Below are positions 13,065-26,100 of a stretch of DNA of 64,000 nucleotides, piece by piece. The translations under genes and the position numbers were made by a program. A model generated the notes under the pieces. It was given only the letters and a program-made list of their open reading frames with translations, was not told the DNA's origin and searched no databases. Within the stretch, counting starts at the first letter, position 1. Each line of letters begins with the position of its first letter. Source of the stretch: Camelus dromedarius (taxonomy: Eukaryota); contig NC_087436.1 in the NCBI RefSeq assembly GCF_036321535.1, positions 54,066,001-54,130,000 of the forward strand, given 5' to 3'.

Positions 13065-14640
13065 TAGAAGATTCCTCTAGAAGTCTAATGAGTATAGTAC
13101 TTCTTGTGTTCTTCCATGTTTAACAGTACTTTTCTACAGCCTTGATACTTACTACCTTGGCTCAATATAAAAGCCTTATTCCTTGAGTTTTCTGAAACCA
13201 CTGCTCTAATATTGAATTGCTTTGCATATTGTTGTTGAAGAGTCTGATGCCAATCTGATTTTCTTTTCATTTTAAATAACTTGATCTTTTGGCATTCAGG
13301 CCCTGAGGATTTCTCCTTTGTACTTATTCTTAATTGTAAAGTTTAAAAGTTTTGCTAGACTTCTTCAAGGTCAATTTTCACAAATACATGATGACCCCCT
13401 TCAACGTGTAGATTCTGGTCTTTTTTTTTTAACTTCAGGAAAGTTCATAGTTTTAAATATTAGCTCTGTTTCAATGTTATATTTTTCTCTTTAAAGACTC
13501 CAATTGCATGCATGTTGGATCTTTTGCCCATCTTCTGTATTAATCATTTTCTCTCTGATCCTTTATTTTATCTCCATTTGGCCCATTTACTTCAATGCTC
13601 CTTATTAAATTTTCAGTCACCTCTACTCTTCCTTGGTATCTTATAATGTAGTCTTAATTCCTAAAATGATACTTTTTCTTCAATATCTTCTAGTCAACTC
13701 TTTCTTCACATCTTCCTGGTATTTATTCACTTTGTTTCCAAGTTTCTGAATTTCTTACTCAGACTTTTTTTTCTTTTCATATCTGCAAAGGCTTAAGATG
13801 TTTAATAGAGGTCATGGTGTTCTATTACTAATAACCACTTCATGGTTGGTTTTGGAGAAAAAATTTAATAGCAAAAATGTTTTGATTTGTATTTTCTGCT
13901 TTGTTCTTTGTAGCCCCAATGTGTGTATATCACCTGCAATTTCCTACTCAGTGGTATAATTTTTCTTTTCCTTAACTAGCAATAAAAGTTGTATGCAGTA
14001 AGGGTAAAGATTTGGGATGAATACCTAGGTTTCTTAGTTCAAAAACTCCCTCTTCTAAACTTAAACCAAAGGGGGTTGTTAGTGTGTCTTCTAACAGTAT
14101 GATTTTCTTATTTCTACAGAACACTTAGCGTTTCCCCATCTTGCATCCTTCTTTCCCTTCACCACAAAGTCTACAAGGGAGAATAATTTCATCCCCACAA
14201 GGGGCACTGTCCTCATCTGTTGCCTAGGGTCCTGTGTACTTTAAAGTCTCCTCCTTTCAATTTCCCAATAGCCAATGCTCTAGTCAAATCTAAGACCAGA
14301 TTTTAGTATTTTCCCACCAACATAAGACTTTTTCTTTCTAAAGGCAATTTTAATTGTATACTATCGCCCCTAGGCTCCTGATTCAACCTCTCTTGTCTTT
14401 TGCATGTAGTCTCTGCAGTTGTCACCGAACTCTCTCTATAATGGGCTCTGAAGCTGAGTAGGCTAGATTTGGAATATTTATTTCTCTCCCTAATATCTGA
14501 AATTCTTAGTCTGTCTCCTAGTTATGCTGAAGGCATAGGTTATTTGGTTTTATTTGATCTCTCTGTTGATTTGTATGGCTTTTTAGAGATTGTGTGGAAG
14601 AATTCAGATTTAGGTGGCAACGACTATTCTATGGCCATCC
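13065..14640 (-). mobile_element. Ancient L1/HAL1-like ORF1 and 5' region
   Basis: agtctgatgccaatctgattttc is the antisense of the L1 ORF1 'IRLASDF' motif, followed by typical T-rich antisense ORF1 sequence. Confidence 0.6.
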
Positions 14641-15403
14641 AAGAGTCTCAGTTCATCAAGAACTGTCAGTGTCTTCAGTTGACCATGTTCTCTAGTTTAG
14701 TCTAGTTCTAGTCTCTCTATTCTTCAAGTATTACCTTTATTTAGTAAAAATTGAACCTTTGGTAATTTACGATTAGCACTAGTCATAAGCCCTCATGAAT
14801 GATGTTCACAGTAACTAAAAGAGCCACATAATACAAAAATATGTAAAGGAGGTGAACAACATAATGAATTCAGCTTGCAAAGGAAACATATTGCTTTGAT
14901 GCACTTGATAACTTAGGGTAAAAAGTGAAATCTAGATATTACTATAAAAGAATAAAGTAAAATAAATTCTCATTTCTACTAAAACAGCAACAATCTTTCA
15001 TGTTTAGTAACACCAGATTTAACATGGCTATTGAAAAAGTTGATAAGTTTCAAAGTTCCTTAGGAAATCTATCAACAGATCAACAAGCATTGTAAAGTTA
15101 GGAATATGGCACTACATAGTACTTTTTTTTCTTTAAAGACAAGTAAACTGGTGTTCTTTCATAGGGTTTTCTACAGAAAATAAACAATTATGTGACAATG
15201 TGTATGAAACAGGAATTGTCATCAAGCAATTAACCAAAGTTAAAACATAAAGGTATGCAAGGCAATGAAACACAGGAAAACAGCCTAATCCGTTAGGAAA
15301 AAAAATTTTTTAAGCTGTGTTGGTGATCACTGTTTAGTGCTTCTGCAGCAACAAAACATGGTCCCCATGCTCTTACAATGGAATAAAATTTTTATTATGA
15401 ATA

Positions 15404-15886
15404 TATTAGGTAGTTAGATAAGTGGGGGCACGGGGCAGACAGGTGGAGGAGAGGGAGGAATGTCCAGAAGATGGCATTATGTCTGCCTCCAGCATAAAGG
15501 GACTTTACTTCTCCTAAATGAGTGCCATCAAGAAAAACTGGACACGACCCAATGTTCATTGTATTATAATTAACACTGTGATTTAGGGGCCCCCTCAATG
15601 GGTTCTTCTATGTATACCATGGGTAAGGACATGCACAAAGGGGCCAAACATGACTGAGCATTCCAGGGACAAGAGCCCTCAATCAGTCAAAAGACCACCT
15701 CTAAGCGAGGGTATAAGAGAAATGGGAGACAAAGGATACTGCGATTCCCCCTTGAATCAGCCCACCTCCCACTACTGGAGGCGTGCTCTTTTCCTAAATA
15801 AATCTTTTAGCTACACAACACTTTCCAACTCCCGCCTGTAAAGATCCCAAGAACTGGGATCTTTTCCATTTCCCTTTTGGGTAACA
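15404..15886 (+). mobile_element. Solo ERV LTR (class I-like, 4-bp TSD), antisense to host gene
   Basis: Ends tattaggtagttagata...gggtaaca, TSD aata/aata, TATA-like gtataaga followed by aataaa. Termini are related to the LTRs at 45752 and 55105. Confidence 0.82.
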
Positions 15887-17137
15887 AATAGACTGTTAAT
15901 TTTGCTTACTTGGGGGCCTTTAATTTATGCTAGTAGTTGTCTTACAAGGTGGTTCAGGTGTCATACTCTCTAAGAGTAATTCCAGTCAACTATGGCTACT
16001 GAAGAGTTATACTAAGAAACTTAGTTTTTAATTATATTAAATTTAGTTATTAAATTTAAATAGCCACTCATACCTACTATAATGGATAGCACAGCCTTAG
16101 ACGTTCTCTTTTATTGTTCTTTTTCTTTACCACTGGGACCCTTATCCAGATGTTCTTACTGAACTTCTTGTTTTAAACCACTTTACTTATCTCTAAGATT
16201 AAACAGCTTGACAGTTATGATCTCAAAGGCTAAGAGAACTACTGAAACAGATTTTTAAAAGCTAGCCTTAACATGTGCTTTTCGATGAAGAGTACAACAA
16301 TCAATTATTTAAAATTTTCTAATCAGTTTACTTAAAAAGAAAAAAAAGTGTATACCTTAGTGCTTGAAACTGAACTTTAACAAGATATTTTATACTTTCT
16401 CCTGAATCATCTGTCAGCTACATAATTAGTCCCAAGATAAGATAATGTCATAATTAAAAACAAGTGCAGCACAACCATGGCACAACCAAGCAGAATTAAG
16501 GGAACACATGAAAATCATTCTGTATCTATCTATTCACAGTGCTAACACAGAAATTAGTGAACAGAAACATGATGGACCAAATGCAACAATACAATGTATT
16601 AGTCAATAAAGAGTTGTATAATTTTTATCTCTAGTATTATTTACCACACCACCAAAGATTAAGCCTTACCTCAATTTTAAGGGATTTTTGGATGACTGCT
16701 GATTGCTCTTTCCAATTAAATCTAAGCATACATATTATTTTAAAGTAAAATAATTTAAAAGATCTCAGAAAAATAATTTTAAGTGTTTTATGCTCCGTTT
16801 CTTCTCCCCACATATAAACAGTCTTTTTTTAAAAAGCACAAAGTAGGTATTAAGAAGAACAACTTCCACGCTTATCCGTTAAGAATGGCCTCTCTCTGGG
16901 ACTGGTATTAATGTCATCACCAGCACTCAATTCCTCCTTTCTTCTGCCTATCAATTTGGCTTTCAGTACCTTGGGGTGGGGAGGTGGAGTAGGAGGGTGG
17001 AACATGTAAAACAACCTCAGTATTCAGGGATAGGATTCAAAAGAATTCAAGTTATGTGCTAAACTATAGACCAATTTCTGAATGATTGTTGATTTGATTT
17101 GTTTGTTTGGCACTTGAATAAACATAATAAAACTTAC

Positions 17138-17248
17138 TACTTTGAGCCAAGGCTTGAAGTAGACAATCCAAGCATCCTTCTAAGCTATCATCAGTTCTGT
17201 CAACAGCTGTTATCTTCAGTTTCTTCAAGGTATCACTGAGATTATCTG
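17138..17248 (-). CDS. RAP1GDS1: RAP1GDS1 exon 2 (108 nt from 17245, or 111 nt from 17248 via NAGNAG)
   Basis: Pyrimidine tract + aag|cag|ATAAT acceptor and A|gtaagt donor. Translation (A)DNLSDTLKKLKITAVDRTDDSLEGCLDCLLQALAQS matches the remembered SmgGDS N-terminus (human MDNLSDTLKKLKITAVDKTEDSLEGCLDCLLQALAQN). Confidence 0.96.
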
Positions 17249-17874
17249 CTTAGAGAAAAAAAGAGAAATCAGAAGCCTTACTAATTTTACGACCATCATA
17301 TGATAACATGATGCTCCCATTACAGTGAGTTAATTTCCACATACATTCTAAAATGACAATGGACTATACAATTAGAATTTTTTAAAATAAAAGTTTATCC
17401 ATTTAACTCATACAAAATATTAATTCTGTGTCTGTAAGATGCCAGGAATATTCCACAGATTGTCACAGAACATCTTTTTCAGCATTCTTATACCTTATTT
17501 AGCTTGTACAGCAACCAGCCACGGTTAACTGAAAAAAACTAAAAGCCCAAAAAAATTACACAGCTTTGCAAATAATACTTTATTTCATTCTTGGCTTCCT
17601 CTGTTTTATTTCAAATACATAAAATGAAAATGAAGGTTTAGAAAAGTTTCAAAATAATATGACTTAAAATAATACAAAATTTGATGATGACAAAACCTGT
17701 TTTAACATTGCCATTTAAAAAACACTTCAAAGTACTGCTTTAAGCTAAAACATGTACATTTTGGATTATAAAGCAATGCTCTCCTCCTAAACTATATGTG
17801 AATTCCTACAGACCACAGATTGCTAAAATCTTTTTACACAACTAAAAATTATCTAGAGTACCAAAGAGCTCTTT

Positions 17875-19866
17875 AAAAATTTTTTTACTGAAGTACAGTT
17901 GATGTACACTATAAGTTACAAGTGTACAATGTAGTGATTCACAATTTTTAAAGGTTATGTTCCATTTACAGTTATTATAAAATATTGGTTACACTTCCTA
18001 TGTTATGCAATATATCCTTGTAACTTATTTTATATATAATAGTTTGTACTTCCTAATCCCCTACCGCTATGTTGTCCCTTCCCTGTTCTTTCTTCCCACG
18101 GATAACCACTAGTTTGTTCTCTATATCTGTGAGTCTGTTTCTTTTTTGCTTTATTCACTAGTTTATTGTATTTTTTAGATTCCACATATAAGTGATATAC
18201 AGTATTTGTCTTTCTCTGTCTGACTTATTTCATTTAGCATAATACCCTTGAGGTACATCCATGTTGTGGCAAACAGTAAGATTTTATTCTTCTTTATGGG
18301 CTGAGTAGTATTTCATTGTGTATGTATGCCACCTCTTTTTTATCCATTCATCTGTTGATGGACACTTAGGCTGCTTTCATAACTTGGCAACTGCAAAAAA
18401 TGCTATGAACATTGGAGTGCATGTATCTCTTCCAATTAGTGTTTTGGTTTTTCCAGACAGGACTGGAATTGCTAGGTTATATCAGAGTTCTATTTTTGGT
18501 TTTTTTGAGAAACCTCGATAGTGTTTTCCACAGTGGCTGGATCAATTTACATTCTCACCAACAGTGTACAAGGGTTCCCTTTTCTCCACATCTCAGCCAT
18601 TATTTGTTATTTATGTTCTTTTTGATGATAGCCCTTCTGTCAGGTATGAGGTGATACTTCACTGTGGTTTTGATTTGCATTTCCCTGATGATTAATGATG
18701 TTGAGCTTCTTTTCATGTGCCATCTGCATGTCCTCTTTGGAAAAATGTCTATTCAGGTCTTCTGCCCATTTTTTAATCAGGTTGTTTGTTTTTCTGATGT
18801 TGAGCTGTATGAGATGTTTATATATTTTGGTTATTAACCCTTTATTGCTCATATCATTAGCAAATATTTTCTCCCATTCTGTAGGTTGTCTTTTAATTTT
18901 GTTTATGGTATCCTTGGATGTGCAAAAGCTTTTAAGTTTAATTAGGTCCTATTTGCTTATTTTTGCTTTTATTGCCATTATTCTAGGAGCTGGTTTGAAA
19001 AATACTGCTGCGATTTATGTCCAAGAGTGTTCTGCCTATGTTTTCCTCTAGGAGTTTTATAAAATCCAGTCTTACATTTAGGTCTTTAATTCATTTTGAG
19101 TTTACTTTTGTATATGGTGTTAGAGAATATTCTAATTTCATTCTTTTACATGTAGCTGTACAGTTTTCCCAGCAACACTTACTGAAGAGACTGTCTTTTT
19201 TCCATTGTATATTCTTGCCTCCTTTGTCATAGATTAATCGACCATAAGTGCATGGGTTTAGTTCTGGGCTCTCTATCTTGTTCCAATGGTCTATAAGTCT
19301 ATTTTTGTGCCAGTACCCATTTTGATTACTGTAACTTTGTAGTGTAGTCTGAAGTCAAGGAGCATCATTCTTCCAGCTCTGTTCTTCTTTCTCAAGATTT
19401 TTGGTCTATTCAGGGTCTTTTGTGTTTGCATACAAATTTTAAAATTATTTGTTCTAGTTCTGTGAAAAATCCCCTTGGTATTTTGACAGGGATTGTATTA
19501 AATCTGTAGACTGCCTTGGGTAGTATGGTCATTTTAACAATACTAATTCTTCCAATCCAAGAACACAATGTATCTTTCCATCTGTTTGTGTCTTCAATTT
19601 CTTTCATCAGTGTCTCATAGTTTTCTGAGTATAGATCTTTTACCGCTTTAGCTTGTTTATTCTTAGATATTTTATTCTTTTTGATGTGATGGTAAATGGG
19701 ATTGTTTTCTTAATTTCTACTTCTGACAGTTCAGTGCTAGCATATAGAAATGCAACATATTTCTATATATTAACTTTGTATCCTGCAACTTTACTGAATT
19801 CATTGATGAGCTCTAGTAGTTTTCTGATGGTGCCTTTAGGATTTTCTGTGTATAGCATCATGTATA
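17875..19866 (-). mobile_element. 5'-truncated LINE-1 inserted into a Charlie1-like element
   Basis: Minus-strand ORF2 peptides ([27 protein letters not shown]). TSD aaagagctcttt at 17863-17874 and 19867-19878. Confidence 0.95.
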
Positions 19867-19976
19867 AAAGAGCTCTTTTTACGTCAATTATTTCTATTGA
19901 TATTTAACATACTAAAAATTAAAGCTGAGACTTTCAAATATTCATTTTAATAATTCATTTAAAACTAACAATTATA

Positions 19977-20173
19977 CTAACATATATGTAAAATAAACAA
20001 CAAGTTCATACTGTATAGCACAGGGAACTATATTCAATATGTTGTGGTAATTTATGGTGAAAAAGAATATGAAAATAAATGTATGTATGTGCATGTATGG
20101 TTGAAGCATTATGCTGAACACCAGAAACTGGCACATTGTAAACTGACTATACTTCAATTAAAAAATGTACAAA
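19977..20173 (+). mobile_element. Short LINE-1 3'UTR fragment
   Basis: gtatagcacagggaactatattcaatat...ctatacttcaattaaaaaa. Perfect 16-bp TSD aaaactaacaattata (19961-19976 / 20174-20189). Confidence 0.92.
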
Positions 20174-21463
20174 AAAACTAACAATTATAAAACCATTACC
20201 TGTTATAATTAAGTTTCTAATAAAAATAACTATATTTCAAAGCCCAATAACTGAAAAGAGTAGCATTATGTTATATTTTGCCAAATTTCTGTAATGTCTG
20301 CCTTGATAGAAGAAAACTGTATTCTCAGATATGCTACTGTACTGAATTTTTTATAATTTGTTATTTTGGTTGAGTAGATGAAAAGTTCAACTTCACACAT
20401 ACACATAGTTGGAAGACAGGAGAGTATTTTAACAGCCTTTTCAGATAATCGTGGATTTTCTCTGATACTACACCAAAACTTGACAACTGGTAGTTTTTCA
20501 AAGGTTAGTTGCCATGTGAAATCTTAAACAGTATCAATGAGCATTGCCAACTGTTACAGGAAAATTCATTGCTCTTTTGCTCTTTGAATCTTTTATGCAT
20601 GCATTCATTTATCATCAATGCACTGGTCATTTAAAAAATTAAGTCATGGAGCTGTGTATATCTTCCAAAGACTGACACATTTCCTTGTACTGATTTAAAA
20701 TATCATGTTTGTTAATATCAGTTAACTTATTTAAAGACTAAGTACTGGGATGCTGTAAGTTCAAGGTGATACAAGTCTTCCAAAATTCTAATTTTATCTT
20801 AAAAACTCTAATTTTATCACCAGCAACAAATACTGTCAATTGTCTTCTTTAAACAACAAATTATTCTCATTCATTTATGAGAAAATATCTGCCAAATATG
20901 AAGTCAGTTTGTCTCTCAGTTATTAAAAACATGTTATTACATGCAAAAAAAGTACCTCAGTCAGTTCACAACTCAAAAGGCTGCACAAGTGCTTTTCTTC
21001 AAAACAGCCATCAGATTTTACAACACAATGAAAATGTTTTATATGTACTTCCCCTTTCATCATACAGTATATTTTTAAAATGTGTACAAAAAGGTTGAGA
21101 GTTTTAACAACATTTTTTCCCCTCACTTCACCATGGACATTCTTAAGTGAAACTGGTATTTTTTTTTCTTTTTACCTCAAGTATATGATGGGAAAGAATA
21201 CAATAACTACTAGTACAGCTTGGTGTTACTACTAGCCTGATTCACACATACTGAAGTACTGGAAGTTTTTTACCCAAAGTTCCTTTTGCACCACTGTCAG
21301 TGCAAATGTCAACACAGTGAAAAAGATTTAAAAAAAAAATCTTGATGATACTATGCAAACAGTTTTGACCTCATGGACACCCTAATAGGATACCAAGGAC
21401 CCCTGGGATTGCTGCTCTCATATTAGAATTTCAGGCATTTTCTTACTTCAAAGTAAGGTGTAA

Positions 21464-21608
21464 GGAGGGGCGGGGAGGGAAATGTAGCTCAGTGGTAGAG
21501 TGGGTGCTTAGTATGCACAAGGTCTTGTGTTCAATCCCCAGTACTCCATTAAAATAAACAAATAAATAAAGTAAACCTAATTCTGCCCTCTCAAAAAAAA
21601 ATTTTTTT
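21464..21608 (+). mobile_element. tRNA-derived SINE (camelid Vic-1-like) with aaataaa...cctaatt tail
   Basis: A and B boxes. TSD aagtaaggtgtaa / aagtaaggtataa (21451-21463 / 21609-21621). Confidence 0.9.
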
Positions 21609-23004
21609 AAGTAAGGTATAAATTTTAATAGACTTTTGTACATTGCCAGCTCATGACAATTCTGAAATATAATGGACTCCCGTTATAAAATGAGTGCTAA
21701 TTTACTTTCTATGTTAACCCAAGAAAAAGTAGACTTTAAAATTTACATTAAATAATACTAACGCGCTCTAGCGATGCCTAGTACAACTTGTGACTATCTA
21801 GTAATCCTAAATCTACCCAGGTGGTCATTCAAACCAAGACTAATATTTATTTTCTTAAGAGGGCCTAAATAGTGTTGAGAAATTGATTTTTTTTCCCTAG
21901 AGGGAAAAAAAACCATATCCATATTATCTTCTATTAACTAAGAAGTTATAGGGCATCATATCTCAGCTATACTTGTTCAAACTTATTAAGTGGATATTAG
22001 GTTGACTTTTCTGAAATATAGTATTAATAATGTATACTATCTAAATTCATATTATTAAAAGTAATAAAAAGTAACTATCACAACACTGAGGAAAAAGCAA
22101 GACACAATGTTAGTCAAATTATAACAATTCATCAAAACTATCACTCATCAAGTAATAAAAAGCAGTTAAAACTTATTTATATTGTTTATGTAAACAATTC
22201 CTTCATTCTATCCCCAATGCTCCTTGCTTGACATCCCTTTCTCATCAAGTCTCATCCTAGATGTCACCACTCCAGAGACCCCAGATCTTTGCTCATTCTA
22301 AGTCCTCCTCTTTTTTAGCCCTCCAGGGTCATTCTCTATCACTGTGTCCATCCTTCACAGCACTATTCACAATTTGTAATTATATATTCTTTTTTAAATT
22401 GGTAATATACGCTCCCCTACTGTACTGTATGGGGCACTTCGTTAATTATAGTCATTGCACTATACGTATTACCTGGCACACAGGAGGTACCCAATGTTTA
22501 AGTTAACTAAATAAATATGGGAATGAATTCCTCATTTGCAGAAAGCTGTCTAGGTACTATCCTTTGCATCACACACTTATAAGCCAAAGTGTATCAACAG
22601 GGAAGGGAAGGTAAACATCACTTGTTAAGCACCTACACTAAGTACTCCATATTATCAGAACTATAAATACAGAACTTTATATTTTAAGATAGGAAGACAT
22701 CAACGAAGCCAACTTAAAGTATTTAAGAATATAAAATATATAACTGAAAACTACATAGAACATCTCATTTTTAAAAGATTTCTAATAAGTAAAAAAAAAA
22801 TCATTCAGTCTCTCCACAGAAATAATTATATGCCTATTAATGATGTGAGATCTTCTTAGGAAAAGTTCATTAACATCTTCATCTAGAGACAACCAAAGCT
22901 GTCAACAAAATTATTACAAATTTAATGTTTTTAAGCATTTTAAATGAATTAACAGGTTAGTACTTAAAGAAATCTTACTGTGAATCAGTTTACAAAGGGC
23001 TAGA

Positions 23005-23123
23005 ATGTTGGTATCTTGATTGGAATAGTGATTACATGAGTACATACCTTTGTCAAAGCTCATCAAACTGTACATTTAAAATCTGTGCATTTTATTTTGT
23101 GTGAATTATACCTCAATTTTAAA
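23005..23123 (+). mobile_element. Old L1M 3' end fragment
   Basis: tttgtcaaagctcatcaaactgtacatttaaaatctgtgcatttt...aattatacctcaat. Confidence 0.75.
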
Positions 23124-26100
23124 AGAGCATATTGGAGAATAAAATGATTAGGGCAGTAACCCCTTTCCTACTTCAAGCTTCCTTTTGGAGGAATTTCTAT
23201 TATGGTTAACACTTCTGGTCATTTCTGCTTCCTCACTTGGCAACTGCTACCTCCATTCTCCTAGAGAGGAATGATCTGTCTGATAAGTAAGTTGAGAGAG
23301 AACTGGATATGCATGGCTCAGCCCCTTCTGGGTTCCTGATCTTTTAGGAGAGGCAAGAACTCTCTGTTCCTCCCAATCTTTGGCTGTCAAGCTGCACCAG
23401 TGACAACAAGCTTAGTAAATATATCTAATTCAGCCCTGAAGTATTAGCAGTTCGTTTGTGATACACAAATAAGCCCTGTCCTTCACTCTAGACTTTATCA
23501 ATTTTAAAGCAGTTCCTTTGAATTCCACCAGAGAACTCATCTGTTTGTATTTCCAGTGATTCTGAACTTGGGTAAGGAACAGAGAGTATTATTTTTGGAC
23601 TCCCTCAAACCTTGACAGTATGTCTTAGTAGTGAGTCCTTACCATCCAAATTTTTGTGTGTAAATCCGGATTTCTGCGTTTTATATTTACTTATGATTTA
23701 AGACATTGTAATTGTTCTAATAGAAAATTTCTCAGCTTTTGGATGGTGGGGAGTAGAGCAATGTAGAGGATAATTTTCTAGTACTAGGTTCTATACTAAG
23801 AAATATTAACTAAAATAAAATTTCTTTTCTTAAAAGAATTTCTTCCCTATATGTTAGCATATGGTCTAGCTTGTCTTGTGAAAGAACACATGACATCTTC
23901 AAAAAGTTAAAGCAAAGTTGACTCTGGTCATTAATTCTGTCTCCTACTTTGTAACCACTTAATCACTCTAAAAACCACAATCTAACCAAGTCCTCTAAAG
24001 CTCTATCAAAATCAGTCTAGCAAAGGTCTTAATAAATGGTATCTTGACAAATCCAATGGACTCTTCTTAATTCTCTTATCTACTATCTTTACAGCAACAG
24101 ACTCTTTCTCCTTCTCTTTACTTTAGAACCCCAGTCTCTGAACATTTGTCCTTGGTCGTCGTCTTCTCTTTCTGCCCCTTTAATATTGGCATGACCTTGG
24201 TTTTGCCTGGAGACCTCTTCTCTCTGCGGATAATACATACACGTTCACCAGAGTATTAGAATGGTATACTAGCTTTCCTTCTGTCCTTCCTTCCTTTGTT
24301 CAGCTGGATAGATAACTTCCTTTATCCATCCGGCTATCTACCTATCAATGTAAAGAACTGCCACTTTTTAGGCCTTAATTTGGATAAAATGTGACTACCT
24401 AAATACTAAATGTTTACTGAACACATATACGCTTGACTGGGAAAAGAGATCCCTGAGCAGAAATTTAACGGCTCAAAGTGCATCTGTTGCAGTATTTGTT
24501 TTCAGTAGCATTTCAGGAAATACTTAGAGAATTAGAAATAGTTTTAATATTTAGAGGGAAACAAATGAAGACATAAGAAACTGTTCTACTTAAGGAAAGA
24601 ACTCAAAAATAAATTTCAAAAATATTACACTCCCAATTTTATCTTAATTCATTAATTACTTTAACATGTTATCATAACTCTTCATACTCATGGGTTCTCT
24701 CTCAATATGCTACTCCATGTTGCAATGACACCATAACTCTGTGCCCATTTGCCAATTAGTATGCATCTATCTACTGAATATGCCTCTTTCATTCCACAAG
24801 ATGGCTGTAATTACACATCTCACATTACTTCCTCCCTCACTTGAAGCAAGATTACTAACTTAAGAGTCCATAAAAATATAAGGGCTTAGATGAATTTAAT
24901 CAAACTTTTTCTATGCATCAACAGTTTGAAGTATATGCTAAGTAGATGAATCCCAGTATTTTTCATAATCAAGTTCACAAATCTATTTAAGAAATCATTT
25001 TTATAAACAATTACACAGTTCTACTTCTTCTGTATTTTTCACTTTGCTAGTTTTATAGTCCTGAGTCCATAAAACTCTTTATTTCTACTATTAGATAGAA
25101 AATTCTTGTAGGACAGGAGATTCTTCTAGGATACTGACACTGCTCTCCTATAGAAGAAACTTAATAGATCCTGAAAACCGACCTTACTGAGTTTACTTGC
25201 ATTTGCATCTTTTATTACAAATTATGGTGTAAACTTGCCATGATTAAGAAATATTTTTATTTAGATGTTATACTAAAAACAATGATATATTTCATGGCAA
25301 GTTTTCTTCTCTTTTTAATTAGTTTAGAAATTGAATAAAAACGTTTTGAACAATCACTTTTCATTCATTCTTAAACGGGGTTAAAGTCTATTTTAGTTTG
25401 AACCAGAAACACTGCAGTTTAACCTGTCATGTCTGTTAGATGATCTTCACAACGACAAGATTAAAGCATAACGGTTAACAGCAAGATACAGTTTGTAAAA
25501 TTTTTATTTCACACAATGCCAAAGACCTTTTCACGTAGAGTTCAAGAATTATTTCACTGTTTTATAGCTGTCAAATATACCTTTAGCATGTAATATGACA
25601 CAAATTGCTAATATGTTAATACATCAGCTTTTTTTAAATTAGAGAATGATTTATATTGAGATCCAGGCTTAACTAATTCTTTGACCCATAACTGACCAAG
25701 AAAAATAGCAAGGTAATTTCTTCTCCTCAAGAATCCCCTAATGGAAAGATTTTAAATGCTACCATACCAAACAGGGGTCAACATCCAGGATATTGTAAGC
25801 CAACTTAGAAAGTCAATGTAGATTAAGTCTACACAGCATGATAGCATTTGTCAAAGAATTTTAAAGACACTGAAGAATTATACTAGAACAATGTTGGTGA
25901 AAATGTTTCATTTGTCATTACCAACAGCTTCTGTGTAGAATGTTGGAATGATCTCTGTGAAAGAGTTCCAGAAGATGCTGGAAAGTAGAAACGATGTATT
26001 TTCAAATTTCACTTCTATACAGGTAAGCTAATTGAGTGCATAACAAAAGAGAAACTCTCTAAACATAAAAAGAACTACTTGAAATGTATTTGCCCTGCTC

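Larger units (their letters stand above)
1..17137 (-). other. RAP1GDS1: RAP1GDS1 intron 2 (partial; exon 3 not seen in window)
   Basis: Begins gtaagt after exon 2. I did not find the expected next coding sequence (about NTETSEKIQ...) in 1-17137. Confidence 0.8.
17815..21420. mobile_element. Charlie1-like hAT DNA transposon remnant, split by two L1 insertions
   Basis: Left piece tttacacaactaaaaattat...ccaaagagc continues after the L1. Right end ...tatgcaaacagttttgacctcatggacaccc...ggacccctggg resembles the remembered Charlie1 consensus. Confidence 0.75.
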
